Under the pieces are notes generated by a model that was not told where the DNA came from, did no database searches, and saw only the letters and a list, made by a program, of their open reading frames with translations. Shown here piece after piece: positions 38,455 through 47,542 of a stretch of 64,000 nt of DNA. The stretch's first letter is position 1; each line of letters opens with the position of its first letter. Location of the stretch: positions 10,327 to 74,326 of the forward strand of contig VGAB01000001.1 in NCBI GenBank assembly GCA_016870935.1. The letters run 5' to 3'. The DNA is from Actinomycetota bacterium (GTDB lineage Bacteria; Actinomycetota; Acidimicrobiia; Acidimicrobiales; Ilumatobacteraceae). Position numbers and translations under genes: made by a program.

Positions 38455-39477
38455 CCACGCGCTCGACCACCAACTCGGTCGTCCATGGAAGCGCCTTCAG
38501 CCTCTCGCGAGGAATCGGCAGACCTGAACGGGCCGAATAACCGTAGTCACCCGTCTCGAGTCGCTTCAACGCGTCGTCGATTTCTTGCACCGTTTGACGG
38601 GCGGAAGCCGAAAGAGTTAGATCGCGCTCGCGCTCGACGACCATCGTGTCGCCCTCGCCGCCTTCGTCGTCAAACTGCACATCGCCCATCTCTGAGTTTT
38701 CGACGATCGCATTCGCCTCGCTCTCGAGTTGGTTGGCCTGACCGAGCAGTTTTCGGCGCTCGGTGATCAACAATTCGCGCTGCGACTTCAAGAACTCGAT
38801 GTTGAATTCTTTGGTCGGGGTGATGCCGTCTTGCATAACGCCCTTGATGATCGGCGGCTTTGGCGGTGCAACCGGTCTGCGTGACGACTCGATTTCTGCC
38901 AAGCGGGCGGCTTCTTTGGCCGCGAGCCTGGCCGCCTTCTCTGCCTCGCGCGCGAGTTTGGCGTCGAGACGCTGTTTTTCTTTGGCGGCTCGCAGCGCGA
39001 TTCGTTCGGCGAGTTGCTGGGCCTTTAGTTTGGCCCGTTCTTTTGCCAGTCGCTGGGCCTCTTTTTGTTTCTCGCGTTGCAATCTTTTGCGCTCGGCGAT
39101 GGCCAGTCGCTTTTCGCGTTCACGCTGCTTTTTCAGGGCCTTGATTTTGTCGCTTTTGATCTTTTGCTCGAGCTTCTTTTTCTTTTCGAGTTTTTTGCGC
39201 AGCTCGAGTTTTTTGCGCAGCTCGAGTTTTTTGCGCAGCTCGAGTTTTTTGCGCAGCTCGAGTTTTTTGCGCAAAAGATTCTTGCGGGCCAACTCCTTCT
39301 TGCGGGCCAACTCCTTCTTACGGGCCAACTCCTTCTTACGGGCCAACTCCTTCTTGCGGGCGAGTTCCTTCTTTCCTTCTTGCGGGCAAGTTCCTTCTTG
39401 CGCGCCAGGGCCTTTGCCTTTGCCGATTTTTTCGACGGCTTATTTGACTTTTTCTTCTTGCCCTTGCCCGATGCCAT
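38435..39477 (-). CDS. DksA/TraR-family protein with a Lys-rich/ER-K repeat N-terminus and no zinc-finger cysteines. The reading frame is broken at 39368-39375 (two track ORFs: 39133..39477 and 38435..39346)
   Basis: The C-terminal GDVQFDDEGGEGDTMVVERERDLTLSASARQTVQEIDDALKRLETGDYGYSARSGLPIPRERLKALPW matches the actinobacterial DksA/TraR family found between ileS and lspA. ATG 39477 has a good SD (GAGAGG, 5-nt spacer) and encodes MASGKGKKKKSNKPSKKSAKAKALARKKELARKKE before the frame changes. Confidence 0.6.
39187..39411. repeat. Two adjacent 18-bp coding tandem-repeat arrays
   Basis: Array A: cgagttttttgcgcagct, 4 copies plus 1 partial (39187-39276), encoding KKLELR repeats. Array B: cttcttgcgggccaactc-like, 7 copies (39278-39411), encoding ELARKK repeats. 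Array B is interrupted by an 8-nt remnant cttctttc at 39368-39375. Confidence 0.9.
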
Positions 39478-39525
39478 TGCTACCTCTCGAGTCGAATCAA
39501 ACCCAAACCTTGTTGCTTGACCGCG

Positions 39526-42500
39526 CTACGCTACCCGATTTACCGCCACAAATACCGCCACGCCGTCGAGATCGGCGTTCGGGGTTTTGCCTTTGCCGAT
39601 ATTGCCGACGGTCAATTCGACGGCCAAAGTTTCTGTCTTGATCATCGCGTGATGGGCCGTGATCTGGGTTTGCATCGCGTCAGACAGACCCAACTCGAGG
39701 TGAATGCGATCTGAGACATCCAAACCCTCGTCACGACGCCGTTGTTGAACCAGTCGCACGATGTCTCGGGCGACCCCCTCGGCGACGAGTTCGTCGGTCA
39801 AGTCGATATCCAAGACGACGACGCCACTTTCGACGCTCAATGCACCGCTCGCCCCAGACGATTTGGGCACGAGTTTCAACTGATACTCGCCCGGCAGCAA
39901 TTCGACCGAACCGACTTTGACGACATCGCCTACTCGTTGCCACTCGCCGGCCTTCACCGCCTTGATCACCGCCTGGGTGCTCGCCCCGAGCCTCGGCCCG
40001 ACCACGCTCGGCACCACCTGAAGTTCGAACGCCGCGACCGAGGCAACATCGTCGATCAACTCGACGCTGCGCACGTTTACCTCATCGGCGATGATGTCGA
40101 TGAAATTCTTCAGCGCTCCCGAGTTCGCCGAGGCGACGGTCAGTTTGGCCAACGGTTGTCGAACACGTCGCGAGTGAACCTTGCGCAAGCCCAGAACGGT
40201 CGAGCAAACATCTCGCACACGATCCATTGATTCGACCAATTTCTCGTCGTTCTTGAGATGTTTGGTGGTCGGCCAATCTTGAAGATGAACGCTGCGCTCG
40301 CCGGTCAAACCCCTGAAAACTTGCTCTGATATCAACGGCAAGACGGGCGCGGCGACACGGGTCAAAACATGCAGAACCGTGTGCAGCGTGTTGATCGCCG
40401 CGACCTCGCCGCTCCAGAATCGATCACGGCTGCGCCGAATGTACCAATTGGTCAGAGCATCCAGAAAGTTGCGAATCTCCGAGCAGGCCGCAAAAAGATC
40501 GTAACTATCGAAACTCTTCGTGGTTTTTTCGACGAGCCCGGACAGTTTCGACAAGATATATCGGTCGAGAACATTGTCGCTGGATGTGTCGAACTTGCCG
40601 ACCACATTTTCGGCGTTCGCGTAAAGCGACAAGAAATACCAACTGTTCCAAAGCGGAAGGATCACCTGTCGCACCGTGTCGCGCATGCCCTCTTCGGTGA
40701 CGGCGAAGTCAGAGCCACGCAAGATCGACGACGAGAGCAGATACCAGCGCATCGCGTCGGCGCCGTGGCTGTCGAAAACCTTCATCGGGTCGGGATAATT
40801 GCGCAGGCTCTTCGACATTTTCGCGCCGTCCTCGCCGAGCACGATGCCGTGGCTCACGCAATTCGAAAACGCCGGCCTGTCGAACAAGGCGGTGGCCAAG
40901 ACATGAAGCGTGTAGAACCATCCCCGCGTCTGACCGATGTATTCGACGATGAAGTCGCCCGGATAGTGATTTTCGAACCACTCCTGATTCTCGAACGGAT
41001 AATGAACCTGGGCGAACGGCATGGAACCGCTCTCGAACCAACAGTCGAGCACCTCGGGCACGCGACGCATCATCGACTTGCCGGTCGGGTCGTCGGGATT
41101 CGGCCGAACCAGATCGTCGATGGTCGGTCGATGCAATTCGTTTATCTCGACACCGAAGTCGCGGCGCAATTCGGCGATGCTGCCGTAGACGTCGATGCGC
41201 GGATAATTCGGGTCGTCGCTTCGCCAAACCGGTATCGGCGAACCCCAGAACCTGTTGCGACTGATCGTCCAATCGCGCGCGTTCTCGAGCCACTTTCCGA
41301 AACTGCCGTGCTGCAGGTGGTCGGGCACCCACCGCACCTGCTGGTTGAGTTCGACCATGCGATCGCGAATCGCCGTGACTTTGACGAACCACGAACCCAC
41401 CGCCTTGTAGATCAGGGGTTTGCCCGTGCGCCAACAATGCGGATACGAGTGGTCGTAGGTTTCGTGTCGATATACGACGCCGCGATCTTTGAGGTTTCTG
41501 ATGATCGCCGGGTTGGCGTCGAAAACCAGTTGCCCCGCGAAGTCGGAAACTTCGGCGGTGAATCTTCCGCGCGAGTCGACCGGCACGACGAGGTCGATCG
41601 CCGCTTCTTGACAGACGCGTTGGTCGTCTTCGCCGAAACCGGGCGCCAAGTGCACGACGCCCGTGCCGTCTTCGGTCGTGACGAAATCTCCGCCGATGAT
41701 CTGAAACGCGTTCGCCTGATCTGAGAAATAGTCGAACAACGGCCTGTATCTTCGCCCGACCAACTGCGAACCACGCAGCGTCTGCAACACCACTGGTTCG
41801 GGAAACTCTCGCTCGTACGCCGAGAGTCGTTCTTTGGCGATGATCAGTTTTTTTGAATCTTGTTCGACGACGACATATTCGATTTCGGGCCCGACTGCCA
41901 ACGCCAGATTTGATGGCAGTGTCCACGGGGTCGTCGTCCATGCCAGGATGATCTCGCCCGTGTCGAGCGAGAAGCCGACGGTGACCGCGGGATCTTGCAC
42001 CTGCTTGTACGCGTCATCCATCCGAGTTTCGGTGTTCGACAACGGGGTTTCGAGCGCCCACGAATATGGCAGCACCCTGAAACCTTCGTAGATCAAGCCT
42101 TTGTCCCACAGAGTCTTGAAAGCCCACATCACGCTCTCCATATAAGAGGTGTCGAGCGTCTTGTAGTCGTTGTCGAAATCGACCCATCGGGCCTGACGGG
42201 TCACGTAGCGCTCCCAGTCGCTGGTGTATTGCAACACCGATGTGCGGCAATAATCGTTGAACTTTTCGATGCCGAAATCTGTGATCGCCTGTCGACCCGA
42301 GATGCCGAGTTGGCGTTCGGCCTCGGCCTCGGCGGGAAGCCCGTGGCAGTCCCAACCGAAACGACGCTCTACGCGTTGGCCCCGCATCGACCGATAACGC
42401 GGCACGGCGTCTTTGACGAAACCCGTGAGCAAGTGACCGTAGTGCGGCAAACCGTTGGCGAACGGTGGCCCGTCATAGAAAACGAATTCGTTCGAGCCCT

Positions 42501-42621
42501 TGTCGCCTGGCTTGCGCGCGTCGACCGACGCGACGAAAGTCTTGTCGCGTTTCCAGTATTCGAGAACTTCGTTTTCGAGCGACGGAAAATTCGGTTGCGG
42601 TTCTACCTGCGGATAAGCCAC
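39526..42621 (-). CDS. ileS: Isoleucyl-tRNA synthetase (long, type 2-like)
   Basis: 1031 aa. GTG start. [13 protein letters not shown] (HIGH-type), KMSKSLRNY, and the CP1 editing domain. Confidence 0.95.
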   Translation of the reverse strand: MAYPQVEPQPNFPSLENEVLEYWKRDKTFVASVDARKPGDKGSNEFVFYDGPPFANGLPHYGHLLTGFVKDAVPRYRSMRGQRVERRFGWDCHGLPAEAEAERQLGISGRQAITDFGIEKFNDYCRTSVLQYTSDWERYVTRQARWVDFDNDYKTLDTSYMESVMWAFKTLWDKGLIYEGFRVLPYSWALETPLSNTETRMDDAYKQVQDPAVTVGFSLDTGEIILAWTTTPWTLPSNLALAVGPEIEYVVVEQDSKKLIIAKERLSAYEREFPEPVVLQTLRGSQLVGRRYRPLFDYFSDQANAFQIIGGDFVTTEDGTGVVHLAPGFGEDDQRVCQEAAIDLVVPVDSRGRFTAEVSDFAGQLVFDANPAIIRNLKDRGVVYRHETYDHSYPHCWRTGKPLIYKAVGSWFVKVTAIRDRMVELNQQVRWVPDHLQHGSFGKWLENARDWTISRNRFWGSPIPVWRSDDPNYPRIDVYGSIAELRRDFGVEINELHRPTIDDLVRPNPDDPTGKSMMRRVPEVLDCWFESGSMPFAQVHYPFENQEWFENHYPGDFIVEYIGQTRGWFYTLHVLATALFDRPAFSNCVSHGIVLGEDGAKMSKSLRNYPDPMKVFDSHGADAMRWYLLSSSILRGSDFAVTEEGMRDTVRQVILPLWNSWYFLSLYANAENVVGKFDTSSDNVLDRYILSKLSGLVEKTTKSFDSYDLFAACSEIRNFLDALTNWYIRRSRDRFWSGEVAAINTLHTVLHVLTRVAAPVLPLISEQVFRGLTGERSVHLQDWPTTKHLKNDEKLVESMDRVRDVCSTVLGLRKVHSRRVRQPLAKLTVASANSGALKNFIDIIADEVNVRSVELIDDVASVAAFELQVVPSVVGPRLGASTQAVIKAVKAGEWQRVGDVVKVGSVELLPGEYQLKLVPKSSGASGALSVESGVVVLDIDLTDELVAEGVARDIVRLVQQRRRDEGLDVSDRIHLELGLSDAMQTQITAHHAMIKTETLAVELTVGNIGKGKTPNADLDGVAVFVAVNRVA

Positions 42622-42628
42622 GAGTTGA

Positions 42629-42880
42629 CTAGCACCGCAGAATCATGCCCTGCACGACGATCTGCAGGAAAAGCAAAACGACAAGAGGCGTCAAGTCGAG
42701 GGCGCCCGTGCGCGGCATGAAACGACGTACCCAATCGAAGACGGGCTCGGTGAATCGGCCGACGAAAAACGAAATCTGCGCCACGACCCCGCCGCTGGTC
42801 GAGGGGAACCAAGACAGCACGACGCGAACGATGATCATGTAGATGAATATTTGCGTGGCCAGACAGAGAATCGAAATCAT
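42629..42880 (-). CDS. yggT: YggT family membrane protein
   Basis: 83 aa. [10 protein letters not shown] and two TMs. Located downstream of sepF. Confidence 0.8.
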   Translation of the reverse strand: MISILCLATQIFIYMIIVRVVLSWFPSTSGGVVAQISFFVGRFTEPVFDWVRRFMPRTGALDLTPLVVLLFLQIVVQGMILRC

Positions 42881-42896
42881 AAATCGACGGACCGCG

Positions 42897-43433
42897 CTAA
42901 CCGCGCGAGATTCGGGCGCCGTAAGGCTTCATCATGAACACGCCGTTGCTCATCTTTTCCATCGAGCCGTTGTTGGCGTAGCAGACACCGCTGGCGAAAT
43001 CGACGATTCGTCGCATCGTTTTTGGATCGGTGGACTGCACATTGATGATCACCGGGTTGCCTTCTTTGAAACGATCGGCGATTTCTTTGGCGTCTTCGTA
43101 ACTGATCGGACGAATCGTCACCGGATCGGCGGCCGGCATAACGGGTCGAGCCACCGCCTCGGCGCGCCGACCAGCCACTGGTCGAACCGTCAGACCCGAG
43201 TCGTGCTGGGCTTGCTGCGCGCGCATGCCCTCCGAGCGTCCGCCATAATCTGAATCGTCGTCGTAGGCGTCGTCAGGTTCGTCGTATATATCGCGCGAAT
43301 CGCGGGCGTCGCGTTGCCGGCCCCGCGCCGGCATGCGCCGATTTCGATCTACGGCGACCGAGTCGTCGTAGTCGTCATAAGCCTCATCGGGGCCCAAACC
43401 CAAATAATCCATCGCTCGCCGAAACATAGACAT
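42897..43433 (-). CDS. sepF: Cell division protein SepF
   Basis: 178 aa. N-terminal amphipathic MSMFRRAMDYLGL, a disordered linker, and C-terminal domain PVIINVQSTDPKTMRRIVDFASGV. Confidence 0.85.
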   Translation of the reverse strand: MSMFRRAMDYLGLGPDEAYDDYDDSVAVDRNRRMPARGRQRDARDSRDIYDEPDDAYDDDSDYGGRSEGMRAQQAQHDSGLTVRPVAGRRAEAVARPVMPAADPVTIRPISYEDAKEIADRFKEGNPVIINVQSTDPKTMRRIVDFASGVCYANNGSMEKMSNGVFMMKPYGARISRG

Positions 43434-43503
43434 AACTAAATGCTAGTTGACCAAATGTCGGCATTTCGGGCATGCGCGCGGCTCAGGGCGCTCGACTTAT
43501 GAC

Positions 43504-44175
43504 TCACGACCGCTGACCGAACAACGCCGAACCGACGCGGATCATCGTCGCGCCCTCTTCGACGGCGACCTCCAAGTCGGCAGTCATGCCCATGCTGCAG
43601 TGTTCGAGGCCCAAGTCGTCGGCAATTTTGCGCAACAGACGAAACCCGGGTCGCGCCTGTTCGGCACTGGCGTCAGTCGGACCGACGGTCATCAGGCCGA
43701 CCACCTGCAACCTGCTTTCGACGGCGAGTCGCAGCAAGTTTTCGATCTCGGCGACTTCGCAACCGCCCTTGTCCGCCTCGTTGGTGGTATTGACCTGGAG
43801 CATGATTTTTGCCCGTCGATCAACCTCCGAGTCGTTGCAACGCTTCGCGATCTCGCCGATAAGTTCGGCACGATCGACGCTTTGCCAGACATCCACACAG
43901 TTTTTGAGCAACTTGATTTTGTTGGTTTGCAGTCGTCCGATGAAGTGCACGGCGAGCCGTTTTTCAGCGGGAACTTCGGCGAATTTGGCGACAAGTTCTT
44001 GGGCGTAATTTTCACCCACACCGTCACAGCCCGCGTCGAAGGCGGCGACCATGGCTTCGGCGCCAAAAGATTTCGTCACCGCGATGAGTTTGACCATTTC
44101 TCCGCCCGAGGCGTCGATGCGCCCGCGCACCTTGGCGACGTTCGCCGCAACCGAGACCGGGTCGACGGTCGTCAT
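43504..44175 (-). CDS. yggS: YggS family pyridoxal-phosphate homeostasis protein
   Basis: 223 aa. LIAVTKSF, ENYAQEL, HFIGRLQTNK and SMGMTADLEVAVEEGATMIRVGSALFG. Confidence 0.85.
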   Translation of the reverse strand: MTTVDPVSVAANVAKVRGRIDASGGEMVKLIAVTKSFGAEAMVAAFDAGCDGVGENYAQELVAKFAEVPAEKRLAVHFIGRLQTNKIKLLKNCVDVWQSVDRAELIGEIAKRCNDSEVDRRAKIMLQVNTTNEADKGGCEVAEIENLLRLAVESRLQVVGLMTVGPTDASAEQARPGFRLLRKIADDLGLEHCSMGMTADLEVAVEEGATMIRVGSALFGQRS

Positions 44176-44196
44176 GCCGTCTGCAGCCCGCGCGGG

Positions 44197-45315
44197 TTAT
44201 TTGAGAAAGTCCGGAAGATCGTCGTCGTCATCTGCCCCGCGCAGCGGATCAGATGTGTTGCCGAACAGATCTTTCAGGCGACCGCTTTTCGGTTCGGGTC
44301 GAACGGTTCCCGAAGTCGCCGTGTTTCGACCATCACCGCGGGTGGCGGTGCGTTGCGCGGCACTGTCCCAGCGTTCGAAACCAGCGGCGACGACCGTGAC
44401 CCGCACTTCGTCGGCGACATCGTCGTCGATGACCAAACCATGGATGATGTTCGCGTCTTGATGCGCCACACCTCGCACGATTTCCATCGCGTTGGTGACC
44501 TCGAACAGGCCGACGTTGGACGGACCCGTGATGTTGACCACGATGCCCCGAGCACCTTCGAGCGACGCCTCGAGCAACGGCGAATTGATCGCCGCGTTCG
44601 CCGCCAACACGGCTCGATTGTCTCCGCTCGCCGCGCCAGTACCCATCAATGCGGTGCCGGCGTTGGCCAAAACAGTCTTCACATCGGCGAAGTCGGTGTT
44701 GATCAAACCGGGGGTGGTGATCAAACCCGTGATGCCGGCGACGCCCTGCACCAAAACTTCATCGGCCTTTTTGAATGCATCCAAAATCGTGGTCTTGTCG
44801 GTCGAAATCGCGATCAGTCGCTCGTTGGGAATCACGACCAGCGTGTCGACTTTGTCTTTGAGCGCGGCGATGCCGGCATCGGCCTGCACCGAACGACGAC
44901 GGCCCTCGAAGGCGAATGGTCGGGTGACGATCGCGACCGTCAGCGCGCCTTCAGCCTTGGCGATCTCGGCGATAACCGGTGCGGCTCCCGTGCCCGTGCC
45001 ACCGCCCTCGCCAGCGGTGATAAACACCATGTCGGCTCCCGCTACGACCTCTTGAATCTCGTCACGATGTTGCTCTGCGGCCTCGCGACCAATCTCGGGA
45101 TTCGCGCCGGCACCCAAGCCCCTTGTAAGTTCACGACCGATGTCGATCTTTACGCTGGCGTCGCTCAAGAGCAGCGCCTGGGCGTCGGTGTTGATCGCCA
45201 CGAATTCGACGCCGCGCATGCCTGACTCCATCATCCGGTTGATTGCGTTGACGCCGCCGCCACCGACACCAATAACTTTGATCACTGCGAGATAATTTTG
45301 CGGTTGTCCGACCAT
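44197..45315 (-). CDS. ftsZ: Cell division GTPase FtsZ
   Basis: [17 protein letters not shown] and [11 protein letters not shown], with tubulin signature [11 protein letters not shown]. The start is preferred at ATG 45313-45315, which has a GGGGGA SD 7 nt upstream. The track ORF starts 14 codons earlier, at 45357. Confidence 0.95.
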   Translation of the reverse strand: MVGQPQNYLAVIKVIGVGGGGVNAINRMMESGMRGVEFVAINTDAQALLLSDASVKIDIGRELTRGLGAGANPEIGREAAEQHRDEIQEVVAGADMVFITAGEGGGTGTGAAPVIAEIAKAEGALTVAIVTRPFAFEGRRRSVQADAGIAALKDKVDTLVVIPNERLIAISTDKTTILDAFKKADEVLVQGVAGITGLITTPGLINTDFADVKTVLANAGTALMGTGAASGDNRAVLAANAAINSPLLEASLEGARGIVVNITGPSNVGLFEVTNAMEIVRGVAHQDANIIHGLVIDDDVADEVRVTVVAAGFERWDSAAQRTATRGDGRNTATSGTVRPEPKSGRLKDLFGNTSDPLRGADDDDDLPDFLK

Positions 45316-45442
45316 TTTGATTCCCCCACTGTCGTTCGAGTGTCTCAAGTCTGCCACAAGCGTTTAAGCCGACCAAACATCAGCGACATGTTGAAGTGCG
45401 TCGAACGACCCAGACTCGGGATGGGTGCGCTTCGAAAAGTCT

Positions 45443-47536
45443 CTACTTCGACTTTACGGTTGGCGTTCTCGGGTCGGTCAAATCGATGGAGATTATTTGT
45501 CTCGGATCTTGTCGGCGCAACAACACGACCAACGAAACGAGTTTGTTTTGCAGCTCATTCGGCGGACCAAAATTTATTAGCGTGCCGCTGCGCAAGGTCA
45601 TCAACAACTGGTTTGGTCCACCGACGCCGACATTCAAAACTTTGTCTTCGATCTCCTCTGGCAGGCCACCCGCGAGTTGCGCCGCGGCTTTATAGACAGT
45701 TCCTGCGCTGGCACCAGGCGCCAGGTTCGGCCCTACCCCCGTGATCTGCAGATACTGCGTCGGTTGGCCAGTTTCAACTGCCAAGACTCGACCTTGCGCG
45801 TCGACCACCCGCGAGCGATTGTCGACGCCGACATAAAAAGCGATGGGCTTTCGCTCTACGATCTCGATCACCAACCGCGTCGGAAAGAACTGTTTGATTC
45901 GCACCGACTCGACCCACGGGTCGCCCTCGAGTCGACGGGCCGCCGAGTTCGTGTCGACCGTAAGAATCGACTTGCCATTCAGCGACTTTTCGACGGCGAT
46001 CAAAAGATCGGCGCTCATATATCTGGCGCCCTCGATCTGAATCGTTCTGACTCCGATAATCGGCGAGGCAAGAACACCCAAAACGAGGGCCAATACGCCG
46101 ATCACGGCGAAAACACCGCGCACCAAACGACGACGGTTGGCGTTCAGTTTCTGCGCGATCTGGTTGCGTCGCGAACTTAGTCGCGACTCAGGTATGACGT
46201 TGCTCGGGTCTGAAGTGGGTGCGACATTCACCGAACTCGTCTGTTCGTCGATCGGGTTGTCGACGTCGATCGGCAGGCGAAGGTCGTCGTCGACGATGAC
46301 CACCCGACCGTTGTTGGTCTTCAGCGTGAGCGAGGTTGTGGACGGCTCCTCGGGTTGCGGCGTGTCGCCTGAAGTGTCGGCGGGTCTGACTACTTTCAAA
46401 TTCATCGTCGGCGTCGCATCGCCCTCGAATGCGTCGGCCAGTTCGGCCAGCACGTCTTCTGACAGTTGCTCTGAATAACTCGGAATCGGGATCGAAAGAT
46501 CGGTCGTATTCGAAGAACCGAACGCCGCCTCGAGTTGTGTGTCGCGGCGTCTCTCGGTAGACGTCTGCGCGCCCGCGTCGGCGGCAACCACCGACGAGAA
46601 ACCCACGAGTCGAATCTCGCTGCGCAGTTCGATGCCGTGCGCCTCGCTGACCCGCTGGCGAACGAACGTCATCAGCTCGACGACATCATCGGCGTTGCCG
46701 CCTTCGTCGGCTTGGAAAAAATTCGCGTGCTTCTCGGAGATCACGGCTGTGCCGATTCGATAGCCGCGCAAACCCATATTGTCGATCAGCGCCCCGGCCG
46801 ACGAGGCCCCGGAAACCGGATTGACGAAAACAGACCCCGCGTTTTGTCCACCGGGTTGATGGTCGCGACGCCACTTGACGATCTCGGCGATACGGCTCTC
46901 GCCCTCGGCCTTGTCGCCCCACGCCAGACGGAGCGTCGCGGCGAGAACGACATGTTCATCGCCGAGATCGGATGCTCGAAAGCGAAGACCCAAATTCGCC
47001 GCCGAGACGTTCGCCTCGATGTTGCGCTGAAGGTGAAACAATCGCACGCTCAAAAGCGAGGCGATCATGTCGGCGCCGTGACCTCCCGCGTTCATTCGCA
47101 CCGCCCCGCCGATCGAGCCGGGGACGCCGACCGCCCACTCGAAACCTCGAAGGCCCGCGGCCACGCTTTGACGGGCGACGATCGGCAGCGAAGCCATCGC
47201 CCCGACCGACAAGACCGGTTCTTGACCGGGCTGCGGCAACAATATTTGTTCAGCGAACGGACCTAGCGCAATCGCGAGCCCGCGGAACCCCGCGTCGCTG
47301 ACCAGCATGTTGCTCCCCCGACCGAGCATCAGCACGGGGACTCTTACTTTTTCTAAAGCGCGCGAGACGGCGTGCAGATCTTCGACGCTCATCGCTCGCA
47401 TGAACAGCGACGCCGACCCGCCGACGCGATAGGTCGTATACGGGCCGATTGGCTCGTCGCGGGTGATGCGGTCACCCAGCAGAGACGCCAGACGACTCAG
47501 GTCTTTGTCGCTGGGTCGATTCAAATCAGTGATCAA
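45443..47536 (-). CDS. murB/ftsQ: Fusion protein: UDP-N-acetylenolpyruvoylglucosamine reductase (MurB) + linker + TM + FtsQ/DivIB (POTRA)
   Basis: One 697-codon ORF. Residues 1-312 carry MurB motifs (GPYTTYRVGG, GRGSNMLVSD, AGSVFVNP, ISEKHANFF). Residues 313-470 form an acidic S/T/P-rich linker. Residues 471-496 form a TM (LVRGVFAVIGVLALVLGVLASPIIGV). Residues 497-697 are POTRA/FtsQ (VRTIQIEGARYMSADLL...PWVESVRIKQFFPTRLVIEIVERKP). Confidence 0.8.
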   Translation of the reverse strand: MITDLNRPSDKDLSRLASLLGDRITRDEPIGPYTTYRVGGSASLFMRAMSVEDLHAVSRALEKVRVPVLMLGRGSNMLVSDAGFRGLAIALGPFAEQILLPQPGQEPVLSVGAMASLPIVARQSVAAGLRGFEWAVGVPGSIGGAVRMNAGGHGADMIASLLSVRLFHLQRNIEANVSAANLGLRFRASDLGDEHVVLAATLRLAWGDKAEGESRIAEIVKWRRDHQPGGQNAGSVFVNPVSGASSAGALIDNMGLRGYRIGTAVISEKHANFFQADEGGNADDVVELMTFVRQRVSEAHGIELRSEIRLVGFSSVVAADAGAQTSTERRRDTQLEAAFGSSNTTDLSIPIPSYSEQLSEDVLAELADAFEGDATPTMNLKVVRPADTSGDTPQPEEPSTTSLTLKTNNGRVVIVDDDLRLPIDVDNPIDEQTSSVNVAPTSDPSNVIPESRLSSRRNQIAQKLNANRRRLVRGVFAVIGVLALVLGVLASPIIGVRTIQIEGARYMSADLLIAVEKSLNGKSILTVDTNSAARRLEGDPWVESVRIKQFFPTRLVIEIVERKPIAFYVGVDNRSRVVDAQGRVLAVETGQPTQYLQITGVGPNLAPGASAGTVYKAAAQLAGGLPEEIEDKVLNVGVGGPNQLLMTLRSGTLINFGPPNELQNKLVSLVVLLRRQDPRQIISIDLTDPRTPTVKSK

Positions 47537-47542
47537 ACGCCG

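Noticed and set aside
39187-39411. Regular 18-bp repeats that could look like a CRISPR array
   Set aside because: The units are directly contiguous with no spacers. They lie inside a coding region and translate to in-phase hexapeptide repeats. No cas genes are nearby.
42622-42628. Search for a T-box leader upstream of ileS (and leaders for thrS and hisS)
   Set aside because: Only 7 nt (ileS), 25 nt (thrS) and 9 nt (hisS) separate these genes from the preceding stop codon, so there is no room for a leader RNA.
43447-45225. 592-aa plus-strand ORF
   Set aside because: Antisense to yggS and ftsZ. Low-complexity R/G/D-rich translation. A shadow ORF.
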